Below the pieces are notes generated by a model that was not told the DNA's origin, did no database searches, and worked only from the letters and a program-made list of their open reading frames with translations. 64,000 nucleotides of DNA, from NCBI GenBank assembly GCA_905178155.1, contig CAJINV010000036.1, forward strand, positions 51,033 through 115,032. Reading direction: 5' to 3'. The position numbers were made by a program, and so were the translations under genes. Every line of letters starts with the position of its first letter. Position 1 is the stretch's first letter. Of the stretch, positions 50,201 through 59,200 are shown piece by piece. This DNA comes from Amoebophrya sp. A120. Its lineage: Eukaryota > Protista > Dinoflagellata.

Positions 50201-53200
50201 AGCATCTGTTTTACAACAGTGGCATGTCAAAAGGCGAATAGATACCGCAACAGGAGAAAAATCTATCAACACTTGCTTCTTTCGCAAGTAGGTACTAACT
50301 TGTTCTTCAAGATCTCGTCTCAGGCAGAAAGGACTATACTAGCTATTCCTGCACGGAATCATGACGACAGTTCTTCTTTTCATACGCCTGCGAGTGCGAA
50401 GACCGTTCCGCGTGCACGACAACGTAAGAACTTAAAATTGAAAACTCTGATGCCGCAGTAGTTTATTCGCTTTTGGTTTTGGATGAAGAAGGAGAATGAA
50501 ATACACATCCTCTTCCTCGTGGTGAAGATTACGATTACCCTGTTAGAAACCTGCATCATAAATTATGATTGCAGAAACTCGACCTATTGGGGTGCGACGC
50601 GACCAGATGTCCGGGTGTGCAAGACCACGGCGGACAGCACGTGCATCGACGACAGAGGGGGCTACTCTGCGAGTGCCTGCGTCCGCTGCGCGGAAAAAGA
50701 TTCCAACACGCCAGGTCTCACTGCAAAAAAGGGCGACTCCTCCACGCCGGGAACTTGTCTCGAAGACATGCGCGTCGGCTTCAACAGGTTTCTCACTTTA
50801 TTGCTTCGTTCATTCATTCTAATACTTCCTCCAATTTTGGTTTTGCTTTTGTCCTCATTATTTATTGTACCAAATCCTGCTGCTATGCTATTTCTACCCG
50901 GCACGAAACCGTTGCGACGTGGTGAGCCACAGAAACCTTGCTGGTTCTGGAAATGTGGATGCACAATTTAGAAGTCACAGTCAGAAATGAAACTGATTCT
51001 ACGAACTTACTGCTACCGCAGGGACCAAATGCCGCAGGCCTTTTGGTGCAGCAATTTGGTATCACATTGAATGAAAATGATCTTCCTCGTCATTCAATTT
51101 TGTGGTCGTAAATTAAATGGCGCATTCCTTGTGTCGTGTGTATATGATTCATAAGTGATAAATTCTGAGCGCAGTGCTAGAGATAACCTGACGCGCCGGC
51201 AAAAGGAACGAGGGGCAAGTAGCGCTGCCACCTAGTCTTCGTTGCGCGCTCGTCAGAGGCTCAGCTACCGCTACGCATCGATTGATATACCGTTGGTGCA
51301 GAAGATGAGTTGGGATATTAAAGTACCTGCAGGGGCAGGTTGTGGCTAGTTGCATGTTTTTGTTTTAATATTCTTACCTTCAAATAATTGGTTGCTTTAT
51401 TGAAGTGCAATGCATGGACTTGCCACTGCACCAGTCTGGACGGGGGAGATCCTTTTCAAAGCAATAGTTTGCGTTTTTGTCGCCCGTTGGGTTGATGAAT
51501 GCCGTCGCCTACGTATCATTTGCAAAACGGCCCCTACTTACTCCCCATCAAGTCCTTTGTTTCTGGCTGCACTGTATAAACCAAATACTTACATCAAATT
51601 TCCGTATTTAAATGCAAGAAAATATGCATGTTGATGGTCTTTTGATTATTGTGCAGCTACATCATGGACATTCACATTTTCTACTACTTAACGTCGCTTT
51701 AGGTGCTGTAAACTCGTGGCGCACCAGCGCACACGCCACACAATCACAAAGTGTGTGAGTGCCGTTCGGGTGCGACCCTGCAAAATAGCAGCGAGCAGCA
51801 GAAGTGATATGTAATGTATCGTTCTTGTAGTTCTCACTGCGGTTGTTGTGGGGAAGGACAGGGGCTTGTCGCATATGATACTAGAACTTCGACGCCTCGG
51901 TTGACGACCCCACGCACTGGGCCGTGATGCTCCGACCCAGTCCGGATCCGCAGGACCCCGCTGCCGCGGAAACCCGTGCGAACAAATACGGTCCGGTGAT
52001 CAGTGACAGTCACTACGGCGCCTCTACACTTGGGCTGCTCCGGGAGTTCAGTTTCCGCCCAGTGATGGCGGGCTTCATGACAGACGTGGTGCTCTCTATC
52101 ACAGAGAAAAAATTGCACGTCTGCCTTTAGCTTTACCAGATTTGTGCGTAGTTGAATAATTTGCATTCTGTTTTGCACGTGTACGAGTTCGCATTAGTAT
52201 TTTGTTTTTGGATATATGTTTGAATTTCCGCGAATAATGTATGCCCCGCGATTTTTCGCTTAGATGTCCGAAAATGCCTGGCCTTAGCAAAGGGAGCCAC
52301 GACCTATGGCCTCAGGGATGCAGGCTGTTCCTGCCCCGCAACGGGGAGAGGGCAGTTGCGTGGAGTACAAAACTCTTTACTCAAAATCAGCAGTATCGCT
52401 TTATCAGGTTTGAAGAAAAATACGCCATTCGTTTTCTCTGGCATATTTTCCGGGACCCACCGAGACCGACGGCAGGAACTGGTGAGGAATGGAACTTGCG
52501 ACCAGTGTATCAACTGTAAAAATGTCTGGGTCTGGAAGAATTCATGTTTGTCATGGTTGTCTGGCATGACTCTTAAATCTGTCATGCACGTTACCCAAGA
52601 GCTCCGTTTTTCTGTGATGCAGAAGGGCAGTTTGTCATGCAGAATAGGCAACACCTAGGAGCTCAGAAACTTGTCATGCTGAGCCAGCATTTGTAGCCTC
52701 ATCATGAGACGCCAACCAGCATCACAAGTTTCCAGACCCAGACATTTTTACTTTTGATACAGTGTCGCGCCGAGCTCGAAACAGCGTACGTCGCGGACCT
52801 GGACCGTTTCAACGGCAGCTACGTCGCTCCCGCGGACTCGTGCAGTGACTGCCACAAGGGCGGCGACGACGCGTGTTACGGCTGCGTCGCGGGCGGCGCG
52901 GGCGGGCCGCTCCCCCCGGGCGCAGATCCCAACCTCGAAAACACCAACCGCGATCCCGCCCTCCCGGGAAACCAGAACGTCGCCGAGTGCATGGGCTACA
53001 CGACAGAAAACGACTGCTGGACCAACGGCTGCCAGTGGTACACGTCCACCTTCCTGGCGGCTTTCACCAACGCAGGTGGGTTGGACCCGGCACACTGGAC
53101 CCCGGCTGGTGCTGCCACGGTATCCCTTGTGGAAAAGTGCTCGTCACCCCCAGACTTCTCGTGCCATTTCGCATGATGCCCAGAAAAGAATGTGTCTCGT

Positions 53201-56200
53201 GTGCGGCGGCCCCTCGACGGGCATGTGTAGTCGTATTTATTCTCGTGCTCATGCTTATTCACGCAGCCAGGGCCACGGTAGCTAAGCACGACTTCTACTT
53301 CGCTTACCCACATACACATTAGTCATGACTCCCACCACTTGAACTTCTTGACACGTAGTGCAGAAGAATTCCCATTTTGAATCTTGGGTGGCGTCGCTTT
53401 TGCGCACGATACCTGGGCATTTGTCGTCTATGCATTGTAAATATTTATCTGGATCTGGTTCCACAGTGGAAGCAAACGTTGTGCTTGTGATGCTCGGTTG
53501 GCATGACTGTGATGTATCGTCATCCTCGATGTGTTGTGGTCACGCATGTTGACACGACAACGGTGCAGTTGTTTGCACGCAATTGCTGTTCATGCTTAGC
53601 TGCGTACTGATCGCTTGTGTGCAGAGAGCATCCACGAATTGACGTAACATGCTTGTTCAGGCGCCAGATCAATCTTTGCCGTCTATAGCGACCGTGCGTC
53701 GACGACTCGCGCACTATTTTTCGGCATCCGGTGGTCACCTTGGCCGGTTGCGCCGTCCAGGATACGGCCTGCGCGTGTGGAGTGAACTCCGGCGGCTATT
53801 GTGAGGAAAAACGTACCCACACCAGAGTTGTAATGCAGATTTGCAAAGACAGGAAGACCTGTAATGCGCATCCCCATGAGAGCCATTCCCAGTCGTGTTT
53901 TGGAATTTGTGATGCTGTGAACAGGATGAGCAGATGAATCTGTGATGCGGATGCACTTGCTAACCTGCACTACACTGCATAGTGAAGCTTGTCACGCGTG
54001 ACTCACAAAACTCCTGGGTTTGTGTTGCAAAATCCCCATCCTGACTCTGGTGTGGGTACGTTTTTACTCAGGATAGCGGCTGCGCGATCGCCATGGCCTG
54101 GGATGTCGCTTCGCGGGCCTGCCCCCATGTCTGCCCGCAACATATTGGCAGCGCCGTTTCGATGAACAACAAAAACTGTGCCAGTTCGGGCGTGAACCCG
54201 GACCTCCCGCCCCGGAGCCGCACCATGCTCCGGAGGCTGAAGGACGCGCAAGAACAACAGAGCACGACAAAGACCTCCTCCGCCGAAACCTCCACGTCCG
54301 CACGCAAGTTGTCCGTCGCCCCCGCTGTGGCCGAGGGTACGGCTACGCAGGAACAGTGCCAGGCCTGCCGCGAGTACGTGACGCAAGGCCTGCCCGCGAG
54401 TCGCGACAGCCTCGATGGGGACGGTTCCAAGGTGCGCGACACGATGGCAGCCAGTTACGAGGCGGAAAACTGCAAGGGGTTCCTGGTGGCCATCCGCATG
54501 CGCGCCGAGTGCGAGCTGAACCACCCCGACTGGCGCCGTATCTCCAACAACTGGACGCCGCCGCAGTTGATATCAAATGCAACAGTGTCTGGGTCTGGAA
54601 GAATGCAAGTTTGTCATGATGCTTGTCCGGCATGATTCGACGAGAATCTGTGTTGCATAGGCACGAAAAGACCCTCTTACCTGTCATGCAAAAACGCAGC
54701 TTGCCATGCGGAATACGTAAGACATGGCAGCCAAAAAATTTGCGATGCATAGCTGCGTACTGCAGTCCGGCTATCATCCACTTTTTGCATCACAAGTTTC
54801 CAGACCCAGACACTTTTACAATCCATAGCTGAAGGACCGGGACGATTGGGTCCGCGAAATGATTAGCGAGTACAACGAGAACTACAAGTATTCAATAAAA
54901 AAACACCCTCACAATCACTTTTGCACATTTTTGCAATACAAAAATTTTTGTCATGCGCAAAAATGCATCACAGTCAAGAGTTATTGGTGATTTCCCTTTG
55001 TGTTTTTGCAATACAAGAAAAATTTGTCATGCGAGAGAAATTTCTGGTGCAAAACCTCCTAAATGTGATTGTGATGGTGTTTCTTCCTTGGATGACAAGA
55101 AGGATCCCGAGACGGGGGAGAAGCTGGACGCGCCCCCCGCGGGCAAAACGTATGCGGGCGAGCCCAGCCGATGGCGCCAGCTGGAGGACGCCGGCATCGG
55201 GGTCACCATGTACCACCCCTACTTCCTGGGCCAGGAGACGACGGAGCTCGTCGTAGCGGAATTGGCATCCCTGTCTCTGACCTTACGCAGGAAAAAGATT
55301 TGTTGCTTTTCATCTTCGATCTGTCCTTTATTTCTAATCTGTGCAGCTCCAGGATGGTCCTGGCAGGACGCCACAATGTCTCAACATGCATGGCCAGCGA
55401 CACATCATGATACACAAGAAAACTCCACGGCCATATTAATCTTCGGCATGATCATATGTGTACGACGGACGAGCATAAGTAGCAGGCTTGTTCTACGTGG
55501 GAATAAAAGTAGTTGTGCATTTTCTACTGCTGCAGCACCGCGGATAAGTAATTCATTACGCTGATCGATCGATCCTGGCACAGCACCACCATGATTTTTT
55601 TTTCTGCATAGGTGTTTGTACTCATGTACTTCTTCCTGATCGCCGCCATCGGCCCGAAACAGTGGCGGCGGTGGGTGTTGAGCTCCCTCGTGCTGGTGCA
55701 GCCCTTCCTCGCCATCCTGCTCGCTATGTATCAAATGTAAAAATGTCTGGGTCTGGAAACTTGTGATGCTGAGTGGCGTAGCATGAGGAGGCCTCAAGTG
55801 CTGGCCCAGCATGACAAATTTCTGAGCTTGTAGGTGTTGCCTATTCTGCATGACAAATTGCGTCTCCGCATGACAGAAAAACGCTGCTCTTGGGCAACGT
55901 GCATGACAGGTTTATGAGTCATGCCAGACAAGCATGACAAACATGCATCCTTCCAGACCCAGACATTTTTACATTTGATACTATGGGCATGAGTGCAATC
56001 CCCTGGTGGTGGTGGGTGCCCGGTGACCTGGACCGGGACGGCGAGGAGGACTATCGAAAGGAAAAATCCCCCCTCCCCATATCAAAACTGAATTTCTGAT
56101 GCTGGATTTGCTTACACAAATCAGCTTTGTATTGCAGAGAGGCACTGCGGCCACGTCCCCAGGCTAGGTAGGGGCGTATGGGTCTAGTTGTTCAGCATGG

Positions 56201-59200
56201 CAAACGGCTCCCCTTTAGGCCCAACAGCATGACAAGCCGCTTCCATAATATGGCGAGCGCTTCTGTCCTTGTCTTCTTGCAAGGCAAACGTGATTTGTGA
56301 CCTCAAATCAGCAACACAGATCTTCGGAGACATACCTTTTCAATATGGGGAGGGGGGAGTTTTCCTTACGATAAGGATATGGTGGTCCCCACCACCGTGC
56401 TCACCGCCCTGGGTCTGCACTTGATGCTCGCGGTCGTCGTGGATTACGACATTATCCTCGTGCGGGCGTTCGACCGCATCACCAAGATGCTGCCGTTTGA
56501 GGACCGGGTGGCCGTGGCCGCCGGGTACGCCCACCGAACCGTCTCCGTGTCGATGTTGGTCGGCGTCGCGGCCTTCGCCCTCGGTTCCTTCGTGGATCTC
56601 CCGGTGCTCACCTACTTCTGTTGGCAGTCCTTCGTGGCGATGATCGGCCTGTACGTGGGGATGTATTACAAGGAAAAATGCCCCCACCCCCAGCTTGGCA
56701 GCATTTGTATTGCAAACCCTTCCAACAGAAACATTCCCCGTCTTGCATATCTCAGCATCACAGATTTTCGATGCTGAATAGGTCAAATTTGTGTTGCGAA
56801 GCAGCCCAACAGCAGCCGGATCTGTTATGCACAAGGCACCTTGCGCACCCAGATTCTGCATCAGAAACGCTCGCAATCCTTTGATGCAAGACAAAAAGCT
56901 TTCATTTGGAAACTTTGCATGACAAATTGAGGGGTGGGGGCGTTTTTCACTGTAATAGGATGTTCTCCATGTTCCTGGCGACCATGGTCATGCTGGAAAA
57001 GCAGGACCCCGCCAACGCGCAGTATCAAATGCAAAAATGTCTGGGTCTGGAAGATTGCCAGGTTTGTCATGCACATTTTGCATGACTCCTGATGTCTGTG
57101 ATGCATTCCCTAGCATCACAGACTTTCTGAGGGCTTCCTGATGCCTATACCGCATGACAAATGCTCTTTCCGTGTAGCAAAACTTGGACCCTCTTTGCTG
57201 CTCATGCAATACAGATTTTTTTAGAATCCAAAATCAGCATGACAAGTTGGATTCTTCCAGACCCAGACATTTTTACAGTTGATACGCAGGAGGAAAACGT
57301 GAAAAATCTGACCGCAAAGTCGACGATGAAAAAACTGGTGGTGAAGAACTCCGCGGACATGAAATTCGCGAACGCGCTCTCCAAGCCGGTCATCGTCGCG
57401 GGCATCTGCGTCGTGGAGCTCGCTTTCATCTGCCTGTACCTCTTCGGCGAGCCGTTGAAGGCCGAGTTCGAGGGGAGCCGGTACCTGCTGCCGGACAGCA
57501 AGGTGCGCGTGTTCACGCTGAAGGTGGACGAGATGGGGGGGCTCCCGGATCCGGTCTCCGTGTGGTTGCCGCCCTCGCATATCGGCCAGTACCACAAGAA
57601 GGAAAACCGCCAGTACTACATGCAGGTGATCGACCAGATGCGCGCCATCCCGGAGGTGAAGGCCATTGACGCCGGCCTGCCGAGTCTCTGGTCCTGGTTG
57701 CATGAGTACGAGGCGCAGCTCCGGGGCGTACAGGGCTTCCAGGGCTTCGAGAAGGCGCAGGACCCGGGCTACAACGCCTATTCTGCGAACTACGACACCA
57801 CCGCCGGCGAGTACCGCCCGGCCCATGCGTACGCGTCCACCTACGCGCACAAGGGCTGCGTGGCCTGCCCGCGCATGATCCGGTCCGCCTACTACGATAC
57901 CGCTTTGCGACTCCCCGACACCATGACCGACGCCCAGATTGACTTGATTTTCGCCGCCCCCGCGGCATTGACCAAGGAGCACAACGGCCCCTTCGTGCAG
58001 TTTTTGGTCAAAGACGTGGATTACAGCGTGCCGGGCCTCGAGTTCTACTCCGGCGGCCAGGGTGCCGCCATCACGGTGAACAGCGCCGCGTCGCTGGCGG
58101 ACGCCTTCCAGGGCACTTTGGCCTCGGACGGGTTCCACATCGCCTCCGTCACCAAGGTTGCGCCCAGCTCCTCCACCTGCGGCGAGGTGCTGCGTTCGCT
58201 GAACCCGAAGCACGCCGACGAACGCTTCGCCAACGACACCTCGGTGGCCAGTTTCAAGTGGTGGCTGAAGTCCGAAGTGAACAAACTCAGCACCGGCGGC
58301 AAGCTGGAAATCTATCAAATGCAAAAATGTCTGGGTCTGGAAACTTGTGATGCTGGGTGGCGTAACATGAGGAGCCCACAAGTGCTGGCCCAGCATGACA
58401 AGTTTCTGAGCTTCTAGGTGTTGCCTCTTCTGCATGACAAACTGCGTTTCTGCATGACAGAAAAGTGGCGCTCTTGGGTAACGTGCATGACAGATTTGAG
58501 AGTCATGCCAGACACGAATGACAAACATGGACTCTTCCAGACCCAGACATTTTTACATTTGATAAAATCCGCTTCAAATCCATTTTCGGCGGCCGGTTCG
58601 CGACCGACGACACCTTCTTGAGCGACAAGGTGGCCTGCTCCAACCGGACGGACTACGTCGGCGTGCGGGAAGACTTCTGGGGTACGCCGGAGGGGGAGCC
58701 CTACTTCTACGACTTCGTGCACGACTTCTACGAGAACTGGGACCAGTACAAGACCTGCTGCGCCACCCAGTACCGCCCCAACACGCTGCTGGACAAGCGG
58801 GCGGGGATATTGAGAGGAAAAATCCCCCCTCCCCATATCGAAAAGGTATGTTTCCACAAATTTGTCTTGCTGATTTGATGCCGCAAATCACGCCTGTCTT
58901 GCAAGAAGACGACGCCACAGGCTCTGCCGCATTATGCAGGCGGTTTGTGATGCTGTTGGGCCTACAGCATAAACGTTTCTCATGCTAAGCGCCTAGGCCA
59001 AAACCTCTCTACTCAGGCTTGGGAGGAGCCTGAAGTCCTCTACTGCAAGACAAACCTGATTTGTGCACGCAAGTCCAGCATCAGAAACTTCCTTTTGATA
59101 TGGGGAGGGGGGATTTTTCCTTGTGATAGGGGAAGGAGAACAAGCCCCACACCGCGGTCTTCCCCAAGGTGGAATCCGCGGCGGGCCGCATCCACTGGGC

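Noticed and set aside
53121-53730. Possible element with a nested A-like end at ~53429
   Set aside because: Left ends look element-like, but I could not find convincing right ends or TSDs.
57221-58528. 435-aa minus-strand ORF (likewise 14870-15619, 18395-19168, 24496-25464)
   Set aside because: Antisense shadows of GC3-rich + strand exons that run into introner sequence; no independent motifs.
7888-58564. Recurrent peptides KNVWVWK / FQTQTFLHLI / KMSGSG / KNVPTPES as a protein repeat family, or the ~30-bp repeats as a CRISPR array
   Set aside because: They are translations of element TIRs. The repeats are inverted pairs dispersed in eukaryotic genes, not direct repeats with spacers.
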